A stretch of 64,000 bases of DNA. It comes from Hemiscyllium ocellatum. Taxonomy: Eukaryota. The stretch spans positions 8,074,004-8,138,003 of the forward strand of contig NC_083402.1 of NCBI RefSeq assembly GCF_020745735.1, given 5' to 3'. The translations under genes were made by a program, and so were the position numbers. Shown piece after piece: positions 26,640-39,226 of this stretch (positions within the stretch are counted from its first letter, which is position 1; the number at the start of each line of letters is the position of its first letter). The notes beneath the pieces are model-generated. The model had not been told where the DNA came from and did no database searches. It was given only the letters and a program-made list of their open reading frames with translations.

Positions 26640-29400
26640 GGAAAATCATTGCTGAGGGAGGTTTTGTTTCAAACCAAGTTGTGTTCACAGAGCTCTTGGA
26701 CAGGTTAACGCGTGGTTGGCTCTGGAGTGGGATTTTATTTTTAATCAGAACATTGATAGCTGTCTGCTGACCACTTGTGCTTATTATTAGCTCTTTGGAT
26801 AAAGAAATGTAGTTTATTTTAGAGTTAAGATGTGAGTGTAAGTTGGTTCTTTTTTGACTTAATGACATTGTGGGCATACAAGAGACACAGCATTAGATGG
26901 CCAGTAGATTTCGAGAAGTGATAACACAGCAGGATCAGTCAGATAGAAGGATGACTGTCAGGAAAGGTAAGAAGGTAGTTCAGAAATCTCTCGTACTGTT
27001 GAAAGGATAATCTCTCAGAGGAAGTTAGAAGGGACAGTCAGATCTTGGGCACTAAAAATGAACCTTATGTTCAAAGGGGTTTGACAAAATTTAAAAGAAT
27101 AATTGTTGTAGGTGATTCTCCTGTCAAGGACACAGATACTAGGCTCTGCAGCAGTGAGCATGGATCTAGGATATTATACTGTTTTCTTGGTGCTAGGATT
27201 AAGGACATTACAAAATGTTTGAAGCATACTGTTAAAGGGAATAATGAGATACTGGAAGTTTTTGTACACATTTATTGGAATAACATAGTTAGGGAAAGGA
27301 TTAAGGCTTTACAAAGTAATATCAAAGGTTAGGTCGACGATTAAAAACCAGACCCTCAAAAGTAATAATCTCTGGTTTACTCCCAAAGCCAAGCTCAGAT
27401 GAGGGAACAAAAGGATAAAGGAGACAAATCAATGGCTGAAGAGGTGGTGTAATGTTCAGGGATTCAGATTCTTAGATCACTGCGATCTCTTCTGAGACAG
27501 AAAAGACCATTCACAAAGGATGGTTTCAACTGTACTGCTTTCAGGAACAATGTGTGAATAAAGAGATTGAGGTTCCAGTCAGGGATAGGAGAGAATCATA
27601 CACTAAATATAAACAACTGGATCCAAATGGATCTCTTGCACCATATAATGAGTGTCGGGGCATTCATACGAGGGCGATCAGGAAGTCAAAGAAAGGACAT
27701 GAGATAGCCTCAACAAGTAAGGTTAAGGATAATCCAAAGGGATTCTATAAATACATTAAGACCAAGACAGCAACACGAGACAGAGGAAAGGGCAAAGAGA
27801 TTGCCTTTGTGTTCGACCTCTGGAAATGGGAGAGATCTTAAGTGAATATTTTGTGTCAGTTTTTACAGTGGAGAGAGAAGTGGAGGCGAGAGAACGCTGA
27901 GAAATAAATATTGATGTTTTGAAAACCGTTTGCATTACAGAAGAGGAAGGGCTAGAGGTCTTTGAAAATATAAATCTCTGAGACCTGGTCTCATGAATCC
28001 CAGGACTTTGTCAGAAGTTAAGAGGAAATCGCTGGGCACCTTGCAGAAACATTTGTATCATCTATAAATATGAGTGAGACGCTGAATGAGTGCAGAGTGG
28101 CTAATGTTCAAGAAGGGATGTCAGGGGAAGCCTGGGAACTTCAGACCTGTGAGTCTGACTTCAGTGGTGGATAAGTTGTTGAAAATAATTCTGAAATTTG
28201 GGATTTATATGCATTTGGAGAGACAAGGAATGATTAGGGATGGTCATCATGGGAGACTGATTAGCAAGATTAGATCTCAAGGAATACAGGGAGAACCAGT
28301 TATTTGGATCCAGAAATGGCTCAAAGGTAGAAGACAGTGGGTGGAGATGGAGGGTTGTTTTTCAGACTGGAGGCCTGTGACCAGTGGAGTGCCACAAGGA
28401 TCGGTGCTGAGTCCTCTACCTTTTGTCATATACATAAATGATTTGGATGCGAGCATAAGAGGGACAGTTAGTAAGTTTGCAGATGACACCAAAAATCGAA
28501 GGTGTAGTGGACAGCGAAAAGGGTTACCTCAGATTACAACAGGGCCTTGATCAGATGGGGCAATGGGCTGAGAAGTAGCAGATGGAGTTTAATTCAGATA
28601 AATGTGAGGTGCTGCATTTTGGGAAAGCAAATCTTAACAAGACTTATACACTTAATGGTAAGGTCCTCGGGAGTGTTGCTGAATAAAGAGACCTTGGAGT
28701 GCAGGTTCATAGCTCCTTGAAAGTGGAGTCGCAGTTAGATAGGATAGTGAAGTAGACGTTTGGTATGCTTTCCTTTATTGGTCAGAGTATTGAGTACATG
28801 GGTATTGAGCCAGGGGGTCATGTTGCGGCTTTACAGGACATTGGTTAGGCCACTGTTGGAATATTGCATGCAATTCTGGTCTCCTTCCTATCGGAAAGAT
28901 GTTGTGAAATTTGGAAGTGTTCAGAAAAGATTTACAAGGATGTTGCCAGGGTTGGAGGATTTGAGCTACAGGGGAGAGGGCTGAACAGGCTGGGGCTGTT
29001 TTGCATGGAGCATCAGAGGCTGAGGGGTGACCTTATAGAGGTTTCCAAAATTATGAGGGGTATGGATAGGATAAATAGGCAAAGTCTTTTCCCTGGGGTC
29101 AGGGAGTCCAGAACTAGAGGGCATAGGTTAAGGCTGAGGGGGAAAGATATAAATCAGAGCTAAAGGCAACTTTTTTACGCAGAGGGTGGTACATGTATGG
29201 AATGAGCTGCGAGAGGAAGTGGTGGAGACTGGTACAATTGCAACATTTAAGAGGCATTTGGATGGGTATATGAATAGGAAGGGTTTGGAGGGATATGGGC
29301 CAGGTGCTGGCAGGTGGGATTCAATTGGGTTGGGATATCTGGTCGGCATGGATGGGTTGGACCGAAGGGTCTGTTTCCATGCTGTACATCTCTATGGCTC
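26640..29400 (+). mobile_element. Decayed, internally deleted CR1 with ORF1 SGNH/GDSL esterase and ORF2 pieces
   Basis: IVVGDSPVKDTD..CFLGARIKDI (27045-27332), [24 protein letters not shown], and CTATG-repeat tail. May be more than one insertion. Confidence 0.85.
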
Positions 29401-30492
29401 TATGACTCTAGTGATAGTCAGCATGGTTTTGTGCAAGGGATATTGTGTCTCACAAACTTGATTGAGTTTTTTGAAGAGGTAAACAAGAAAATTGATGAGG
29501 GCAGAGGGGTTAAAATGGTTTACTGAGACTTTGGTAAATCCTTTGATAAGGTTCCCCATGGTAGACTAATTAGTGAAGTTAGATCCCATGGGATTCCGGG
29601 TGAGCTTGGCAAGTGGATGCACAATTGGCTGAAAGGCAGAAGACAGAGAGTGACGGTGGAGGGAGGGTTTTGTTCTGGAGGCCTGTGACCAGCAGGGTTC
29701 CACGGGGATCAGGGCTGGGCCCAGTTTTGTCACTCAATAATTTGAAAAGTTTAGGTAAGAACACAGAAAGACTGTTTTGCAAGTTTGCGGTTGATACCAA
29801 CATTGATGGTACATTTAACAATGAAAGAAGGTTTTCTTAGAATACAAAGAGATCGTAATCAAATGGGAATGGGCTGAAGAGTGACAGATGGAGTTTAAGA
29901 TAAGTGTGAGGTATTGCACTTTGGGAAAACAAACAAAGGGAAGACTTACACAATTAAAAGTAGGGCCTGTGAATGCAGGGCGAGGGTAAGTCCCACATGG
30001 CTGTGATGCCTCACACAGTCAGATGGACATTGGGGGAATGTAGTTGCACTGATGGAACTGTTCCTGATGAAGATTGTAACCAAGAGGGACACATCAGACT
30101 GTTGCACTTTCCTGTTTGAGGAGATGATCTCAGTGTCAGTATAACTTTGGGGCATTTGGAGATATAACTGAATGTTCTGAGTCTGTCAATGTCTTACAAT
30201 ACTGATATCAGAATGCACCTAACAATATCAGCACAACATAGTACATTAAATATGGACTAAAATTAAATTTGAAACCCGAAGCTAAAACACTACAGATGGT
30301 GGAAATTTTAAATAAACATCAAAATGCTGCAAATACTCAGCAGGGCAGAGAGTACCTGTGGAAAGAAACAGGGTTAATGTTTTAGTTCCATGTCCTTTCA
30401 CCAGAAAATCAAATCACAAAACATTCACAGAATCTGTTCCACTCTCACTGTGCACCTTCTACAGGCTGAAGAATGTGGGAACGGTTTCTTAC

Positions 30493-30840
30493 CATGTACC
30501 TGCAGCCGAGTCTCTTTCTGGATCAGATACTGAGAGTTGAATCTTGACCTGTATTCCACCAGACACAGGTAAGTGTGATTGTCCCTCACACTCAGCTGGT
30601 TTATCCTGGTCGAGGCGTTTCCCTCCTCTGGGTTCCCGATGAGCTCGTACAGATTTCCACCGTGTCCAGTTGTCCAAGTTCCCTGTGATTGGGCTGTAAA
30701 TGTAACGATGTGTTGGTAGGGCTCCTTCCTCATCCAGGAAACAGTGGTCAGGGTGTAGGAGTCCCAGCGACTGAAGATACAGGGTAAAGTAACTGAATCT
30801 CCCTCTGTCCCACTCACCACTGGGACATTTCCCTGAGCAG
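30493..30840 (-). CDS. V-set Ig exon V2b, Siglec-like, Arg replaced by Leu
   Basis: Acceptor TTTCCTCAG|, donor CATG|GTAAGA, 348 nt, phase 1-1. V-set hallmarks: VTLPC, VSW, RY/LY-ELIGNP, D-x-x-T-Y-L-C, G strand ETRLQVH. Confidence 0.9.
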
Positions 30841-33800
30841 CTGAGGAAAGGACAAACATCAGAATGGATGAGGTCAGTGTGCAGAAGTTCTTATTTCAAT
30901 ATGTTATATTCCTTTCAACTTCACAATAAAATGAACAATTAAAGACTCCACTCACATCTCTAACAGGTCTGTCCTAGATATTCCCCAACAAGAGTCACCC
31001 TGATCAAAATGTCTCCTCGCCACTCAATTTGAAAACCTTGATTACAAGATACTTCCATGATGTGGGGGTGCCAGTGTTGCACTGAGGTGGACAAAGTCAG
31101 AAGTCACACTGCACCAGGACTTCACCTGATGCAGGAGCAGTGCTCTGAACCTTGTTATTTCAAATAAACCTGTTGGACTATAACCTGGTGCCGTGTGACC
31201 GCTGAAGGTACTTACAGATCGGATCCATTGAACCCTCCTGAATTCATTCATGCAGAACCCGCCGCCCGATGCTCAATACTAATATACTTTAAACAAGGTC
31301 AAGGATTTTACAGCCTCCCCCCTCACTCTGTTGCTCAAACACTTTCAAAGTATTGACCACACTCTTGTGTGAAGGAGAGCCCCCTGGTGTCATTCCTAAT
31401 GTAACCATTCACCAGCTCCAACCTGTGACCTTTGAAATGAGCACAGGTTAATTTAAACTCAGAGTCCAGATTACATTTTCCTACACTGAGTAAAATATTT
31501 GGGTGCAGGAGGAGGGGGATAACCAGCCATGTGGCTCTTTGCTGCATGAACTTAAAAGAGGAACTATGGGATTAAATGTTTCCACATTCTTATTTAAATT
31601 GGTAATCTGTTATTTTGCAATTGTTCCCCTGTTTGACTTCTGTTCACAAGAGCAAATAGCCTCTCAGAATCTGCATTGTCAAGCTCCTCAGGATCTTGAG
31701 GAAGGGTCACTCTGCCTGAAACGTTAACTCCAATTTCTCTCCACAGGTGCTGCCAGACCTGCTGAGCTTTTCCTTACACTTTCCATTTTTGTTTCTGATT
31801 TGCAGCATCTGCAGTTTTTTGTTTGTATTTTCCTCAGGATGTTCGCTGTTTCATTAATTTCTACTTTTGTTTATTTGGTCATGGGTGTCACTGGCCCAGA
31901 TGATGTGCATTTATTGTCCATCCTGATTGCCCAGGAGAAGCTGCCTTTTTCAACTGCTGCAGCCCTGAGGTGTCGGGGTTATCCAGAGTAATTTAAGGGA
32001 TTGAGTTTCAAGACTTTGACCCAGCAACAGTGAAGGAATGCCAATAGAGTACAAATAGACTCAGACTTCTCTGCATTGACCAAGGCCCCAATAACAGTGA
32101 GAACAGTCCCAGCCCTGTCAACCCTGCAAAGGCCTCCTCAGTAACATCTAGGAGCTAGTGCACAGACGGATCGACTATCAGTCTCACATGGTCCAACTCA
32201 CAGAACCATAACTTACAATATCACAGACACCACGATCACTGTCCCTGGACACAGCCTGACCCACCACCAGGACAGAGCCAGCAGAGGTGGAGGCACAGTG
32301 GTATACTGTCAGGAGGGAGTTGCCCAGGGACTCCCCAATATGAAGTCCCCACGTTAAAGACTACATTGTAAGCCCATTGAACTGCAATCTGTAACCTCAC
32401 AATCCACATTAACACACCCCCACACCAACATTCCCGTCAGGCTGGGAGATCAATGAAGAGACATGTGATTTTGCTGCATGCAACCAGATGAAAGTGAGGA
32501 TTGCAGATGTTGGAGATCAGAGTGTGTATAACACCAGGCAAACTGAAATGTGTGAGACCAACACAATGAATCTACAATGTCCCCAGGACTACTTGCTCAT
32601 CAAACAGCAGAAACAGCACACAACAGAGCCACCCCATAACCAATGGATCAGATGGCTCTGCAGTCCTGCTATAGACAGTCCTGAATGGTGGGGGACAATT
32701 GCTGCACCAGTTGTTCCAGTACAGAAAGCGCTTGATGTTGTCTACATGGACTTCAGTCAAGCCTTTGACAAGTTCCCTCACTGCAGACTGGTAAAAATGT
32801 GAAGTCACATGGTATCGGGGTGAGCTGGGAAGGTGGACACCGAACTGACTTAGTCATAGTAGACAGAGGGTAACAATGGAATGGAGGGTTGTAACAAGTG
32901 ATGTTCCACAGGGATCAGTGCTGAGATGTCTGCTGTTCATGGCCTATCCAATGATTTGGAGGAGAACGTGTCTGGTCTAATTTGTAATTTTGCAGGCGAT
33001 GCAAAGATTGGTGGAGTCGAGGATAGTGAGAAGGATTGTCAGAAGGTTCAGCAGGATACAGATCAGTTCAAAGCCCTTGGAATCCTTAACCAACCTTATC
33101 GGGAATGTCCCTGCAGCTGAGGGGATGCAGCAGATCAAGAAGGCAGCTCACCATTCCCTTCTCCAGGGTAATTAGGGATGGCCAATATCGGCTGACCCAG
33201 CATGTGACACCCACGTCCCCTTGAACAATGAAAAGATAACAATACTTCCCAGTCAGGATGGTCTGTATCTGATGCCATTTTTTACACTGAGGTCATAGAG
33301 GTCACTACTTTGGAAGGTGCTGGTGGAGGAAGTGTTGCTGCCTTGCTGCAGTGTATTTTATTGTTATTTTTATTGTTACAATACTGTTGGGGTGGGGGAG
33401 TTCCAGGATTTTGACCCAGTAACAGTGACAGGGAGCAATATATTTTACTGCTCTCTTCCAGACAAGTGGGGAGTATTCCATCACACTTCTAACTGGTCAA
33501 TATGCTTTGGAGTCAGGAGGTGTGTTAATTTACAGGATCTCCAGCCTGTGACCTACTCTTGGAGTCACAATTCCATTTACACTCCTGGGTTCACTCCTTG
33601 TCCACAACAGAGTGAGTCATTCAGGGGGCAGTTAAGGGTCAACCTCATTACAGTAGGTATGGGGTCGCATGTAGGTCAGACCATTTAGGATACAGATTTC
33701 CCTCCCTAAAAGACATGAGTGAACCATGTTTTTTTTGTCGGAGGTGCCTACATGGTCTTTATTAAACTGGCTTTTCAGTCGAGATTCCTTTCAAATTCAA

Positions 33801-34339
33801 ATTTCACAATCTGCCATGGATTGGAAAGTATTCCCCAGGACATTTGCCTCTGCAGAGTCCTTCTCCCCCCATCCATCTATTTTCTGCTCAGCCAATAGAA
33901 AATGAAGATAGAAACAGTGAGGTTTTCAGCCAATGCGAGCTGAGGGTTCCCTCACTTTGAGACGTGCTCATCCAATGAGGGCTCAGAATTTATGGATCTC
34001 TTTTTCTCACCCAATGCCAATAGAGCAGGACTGTCATTGGGAAGGGGGTCTTGGAGCTTGAATCCTTGATGATGTTGTGTCTGTTCCCTGCCCCAAAAAA
34101 CTGAAGCCGGTCTGACCACAGCAAATGAGTGACTGTGGGAGGTTTCAGAGTCGGAAATGGGTTGGTCTGTAAATCCCAGCCAGGTCTCTCTCTCTCTCTC
34201 TCTCCTTCTCACTGCCTCCTGCCTGAGACCAACTGGAAGAGCCCAGGAGAAGAACCCAACCCGAGAGCTCCTGGACCTGGTGGAGCCTGTCCCCATTGAG
34301 TTGTCAGGGCAGTGACACCATCCGAACATTGTTCCTCAC

Positions 34340-34726
34340 CTTCCACTTCCAGGCGTGTTCGATACCTTGTTTGCAAATTGCCGATATTGAGCTCCACTCG
34401 ACACCGATAGAAACCAGCATCCTCCCGGCTCAGTCCCTCCATCATTACTGAGGCATCTTTGTTGGTGAGACTCCCCACGAATCTGAATCGATTCCCACCA
34501 TCCCGCCGTCTCACATTCTCACACAGCTCACCCTGGGAATGGTCTGGACCAGGATATGTACACTTAAAGATAAAAGCCCGTGTTTCCTCCTTGTACCATA
34601 AGATGGAGCCGGTGAGTGTGAGGTGAGTGTCAGGGTGGGTGAAGCTGCAGGGTAAGACAGCGGAGCCTCCTTCCTCAGCCCACACTCCATCCGCGATTGT
34701 CATTGACCAACCATTAACAGACATCT
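34340..34726 (-). CDS. V-set Ig exon V1b, Siglec-15-like, essential Arg present
   Basis: Acceptor (CT)n CCCCTCACAG|, donor GAAG|GTGAG, 387 nt, phase 1-1, no stops. Motifs WSMT..AVLPCSFTHP..ILWY..FKC..ELCE..RFRFVG..YRCRVEL..TRLEVE resemble, from recall, Siglec-15 (WSMQ..AVLPCTFTHP..FRC..ELCQ..RFRLLGN..YFCRVEF). Orthology not established. Confidence 0.9.
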
Positions 34727-35574
34727 CTGTGAGGGGAGAGAAAGAGAGAGAGAGAGGATATGAGCACAGCACAGACACCAAACAGTGAGGAAAAACACTG
34801 AATCTGTTGTATGATGAGAAAATATATAACATTGTTCAGTCATGGTTTATAAACTAACCTGGGACAGTGTGGAATGAGCTTCAGGCTGGAGCACAACAGG
34901 AGGTTTCAGGGGGTTTGTGTTCGACTGTGGGTGTTTGTTGCTGTTGGTTGATGAGAGTTTTTGGTGCCTGAGAGTTTCCAGGAGACCCAGAGTGATCTGA
35001 AGAGCAGGACTCAGGGCCCTCCCTGCAGAACCTTTTCTATTTCCCATTACCTTCTACTCTATTACCGAGCCAGCCTTCAGCAACCTGGCTCATTCATCAG
35101 GCGTAGCAGAGGGATGGGGTACACAGTGAAAGTATTGCAGAGGGTGAAGGTGATACACAGAGACATGAAGAAGGAGAACTGAAGTAAAAAAATAAATAAG
35201 TCATAATTCCAGAAAACTGCTGTCTCATTAGAGAGAGGTGACTGATGGTGATTTAACCTGAGGGCCACTCTGCCTCAGACAAGGGGCGCGGTTGAGAAGC
35301 TGAGACCTTCATGGTCCCCACAGACAGTATGGGAATTAAACCCACATTGTTGGCATTACTCCACATCGCAAACCAACTGTCCAGCCAACCAAGCTAACTG
35401 ATCCAACAAGATGATCCAAGGAAATCCAGAAGGCAGTGTGAATATCATCAAGGGAGGTCATAAGGGAGTGTGGCATGGCTGGGTGGCATTTACTTGTGGG
35501 TAAGGCAGATGAGCTGATGGTGTAGATTAACACATTGGTATATGATTTAGTTGTTATTGCAAAGACAGATAAAA

Positions 35575-38305
35575 ACAAGGACTGAGGTAAAAACAAGGAC
35601 TGCAGATGCTGGAAACCAGAGTCGAGATTGCTGGAAAAGCACAGCAGGTTAGGCAATATCCGAGGAGCAGGAAAATCAATGTTTCGGGCAAAATCCCTTC
35701 ATCAGAAATAGCGGCAGGGTGCCTGCAGAGTGGAGAGACAAATGAGACGGGGTAGGGGTGGGGAAAAGTTAGCATTGAGTACAATAAGTGAATGGGGATG
35801 GGGAAGAAGGTGATAGGTCAGAGAGGAGGGTGGAGTGGAAGGCTTCTTTAGGGTAGGCAAGATTGACAGCAGAGGTGTCAATGTGTTGCTGGAAAAGCAC
35901 AGCAGGTCAGGCAGCATCCAAGGAGCAGGAGAATCGACGTTTTGGGCATGAGCCTTTCTTCAGGAATGAGGAGAGTGTGCCAAGCAGGTTAAGATAAAAA
36001 GTAGGGAGGGGGGATTGGGGGAGGGGTGTTGGAAGTGCGATAGGTGGAAGGAGGTTCAGGTGAGGGTGATAGGCCGTTGTGGGGGTGGGGACGGAGAGGT
36101 CAGGAAGAAGACTAAAGGTTAGGAAGGTGGTGCTGAGTGGTGCTGAGTTCGTGTGTTGGGACTGATATAAGGTGGGGGGAGGGGAAATGAGGAAACTGGA
36201 GAAATCTGAGTTTATCCCTTGTGGTTGGAGGGTTCCTAGGCGGAAGATGAGGCGCTCTTCCTCCAGCCGTCGTGTTGCTATGGTCTGGCGATGGAGGAGT
36301 CCAAGGACCTGCATGTCCTTGGTGGAGTGGAGGGGGAGTGGGAGTGTTGATCCATGGGGTGGTTGGGTAGGTTGGTCCGGGTGTCCCAGTGGTGTTCTCT
36401 GAAATGTACCGCAAGTCAGCGGCCTGTCTCCCCAATATAAAGGAGGCCACATCTGGTGCCGTGGATGCAGTAAATGATGTGTGTGGAGGTGCAGGTGAAT
36501 CTGTGGCAGATATGGAAGGATCCCTTGGGGACTTCGAGGGAGGTAAGGGGAGAGGTATGGGCGCAAGTTTTGCATTTCTTTCGTTTTCAGGGGAAGGTAT
36601 CGGGAGTGGAGGTTGGGTTGGTGGGGGATGTGGACCTAACAAGGGAGTAACGGAGGGAGTGGTCTTTTTGGAATGCTTATAGGGGAGAGGAGGGAAATAT
36701 ATCCCTTGTGGTGGGGTCCGTTTGGAGGTGTTGGAAATGATGACGGATGATATGATGTATATGGAGGTTGGTGGCGTGGTAAGTGTGGACCAGTAGGGTT
36801 CTGTCCTGGTCACGATTGGAGGGGCGAGGCTCAAGGGTGGAGGAGCAGGAAGTGGAGGAGATGCAGTGGAGGGCATCGTCGATCATGTCTGGGGGGAAGT
36901 TGCGGTCTTTGAAGAAGGAGGCCATCTGGGTTGTTCGGTATTGGAACTGGTCCTTCTGGGAGCAGATGTGGCGGAGACGAAGGAATTGGAAATATGGGAT
37001 GGCGTTTTTACAGGGGGCAGAGTGGGATGAGGTGTAGTCTAGGTAGCTGTGGGAATCGGCCGGTTTATAGTTAATGTCCGTGTTGATTCGGTCATCCAAG
37101 CTAGAAATGGAGAGGTCTAGGAAGGGGAGGGAGGAGTCTGAGATAGTCCAGATAAATTTGAGATCGGGATGGAAGGTGTTGGTAAAGTGGATGAACTTTT
37201 CAACCTTTCTCATGGGAGCACGAGGCAGCGCCGATACAGTCATCGATGTAGCGGAGGAAAAGGTGGGGGGTGGTGCCAGTGTAGTTGCGGAAGATGGACT
37301 GTTAAACATATCCTACGAAGAGGCAGGCATAGCTGGGGCCCATGCGGGTGCCCATGGCTACTCCTTTGGTTTGGAGGAAGTGGGAGGATTGGAAAGAGAC
37401 GTTGTTCAGAGTGAGGACCAGTTCAGTCAGTCAAAGGAGGATGTCAGTGGAAGGGTACTGGTTGGTACAGTGGGAAAGGAAGAAGCGGAGGGCTTTGAGT
37501 CCTTCATGATGGGGGATGGAGGTGTACAGGGACTGGACGTCCATGGTGAAGATAAGGTGTTGGGGACCGGGGAAGCGAACATCATGGACGAGGTGGAGGG
37601 CGTGGGTGGTTCTTGGACTAAGGGGGACAGGACCGTGTCAAGATATGCGGAGATGAGTTTGGTGGGGCAGGAGCAGGCTGAGACAATGGGTTGGCCGGGG
37701 CAGTCAGGTTTGTGTATTTTGGGCAGGAGATAGAAACGGGCAGTGCGGGGTTGTGGGACTATGAGGTTGGAAGCTTTGGACGGGTGAGAAGTTGGAGTGG
37801 GTGAGAGGGGTGGAGAGGTTGAGGCAGTTAATGTCGCGGTGGCAGTTGGCAATGAAGAGATCGAGGTCAGGAAAGAGGCCAGCACAGGGTGTCCAGGTGG
37901 ATGGGGTGTGTTGGAGGCGGAAGAAGGGGACGTCAGTGGGTAGGCGAGAATCCTGGTTGAAGAAGTAGGCGTGGAGGTGAAGGCGGTGGAAGAATTGTTC
38001 GATGTCTCGCCGCATGTTGAACTCGTTAATCCGAGAGCGTAGGGGAATGAAGGTGAGGCCTCTGCTGAGGATCGATCGTTCATCCTCAGAGAGGGGGAGG
38101 TCTGGAGGGATGGTGAAAACACGTCAGGGCTGGGAGCTAGGACCTGGTGTGGGGCTGGAACTGGGAGTGGGGGCGGGGTAAGGCGTGGGGACGGGAATCG
38201 GGGCGGAGACGGAGATCAGGGTAGGGGTGGGGTTCGGCGTGGGGGGCGGGGTTAGGCTTGCGAACGGAGATCGGCGTGGGGGCATCTGCAGTCCTCACTT
38301 TCTCC
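35575..38305 (-). mobile_element. Penelope-like element (paralogous insertion in unit B)
   Basis: RT and GIY-YIG fragments (TKDMQVLGLLHRQT..RRLEEERLIFRLGTLQP), two terminal pLTR-like segments. Confidence 0.88.
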
Positions 38306-38914
38306 AACAAGCTTGACAGCACAATGTCCCGGGTATAGAACCATCAGATGAGACATGTGGGGGAAGGGGAATGTAAAAGAGGAGGGGGTATTGCGACATT
38401 GATCAAGGAGTCAATTGCTGTAATAAGATGGATGATATCTTAGAATATTCTTCAAATGAGGCCACATGGTACAATGTAAAAACAAAACCCCATCACCACC
38501 CTCTGTCTCCTACCATCACGTCAATTTTGTTTCCAATTCATATTCTTCCCCTGAATCCCATGTGATCTGACTTTACTAACTGGTCTACCATGCGGAACCT
38601 TGTCAAAGGCTTTGCAAAATGACCAAGTCAATAACATCTCCCATCTTGCCCTCATCAATCTTTCTGGTTATATCATCAAAAAAGTTAATCAAGTTTGTGA
38701 GACATGATTTCCCCTGCACACAGCAGTGCTGACTATCCCTTATCCCTGGTGTTGGGTGAGGTTTTTAAACTTTGTCCACCCCAGTCCAACACCGGCACCT
38801 CCACATTATATTCCTTAACAGTCCTAACTTCTTCACATGCCTGTAAATCCTATTTCTCAGAACCTCCTCCAAGAACCTATCCACCAGTGATGTCAGACTC
38901 ACAGGGTTATAGTT

Positions 38915-39226
38915 TTTTAGATTAGACTTACAGTGTGGAAACAGGCCCTTCAGCCCAACAAGTCCACACCGACCCGCCGAAGCGAAACCCACCCATACCC
39001 CTACATTACCCCTTACCTAACACTACGGGCAATTTAGCATGGCCAATTCACCTGACCCGCACATCTTTGGACTGTGGGAGGAAACCGGAGCACCCGGAGG
39101 AAACCCACGCAGACACGGGGAGAACGTGCAAACTCCACACAGTCAGTCGCCTGAGTCGGGAATTGAACCCGGGTCTTCAGGCGCTGTGAGGCAGCAGTGC
39201 TAACCACTGTGCCACCGTGCCGCACC
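38915..39226 (-). mobile_element. Full-length HE1-type tRNA-derived SINE, present only in unit B
   Basis: A box TGGCACAGTGG, B box GGTTCAATTCC, CR1-derived 3' tail, TAGTT duplication at 38910-14 and 39227-31. Empty site at ~16220 in unit A. Confidence 0.92.

Noticed and set aside
38915-39226. tRNA gene-like A/B boxes here and at other SINE heads
   Set aside because: They are SINE heads joined to LINE-derived tails, not tRNA genes. No rRNA or CRISPR array was seen in the window.
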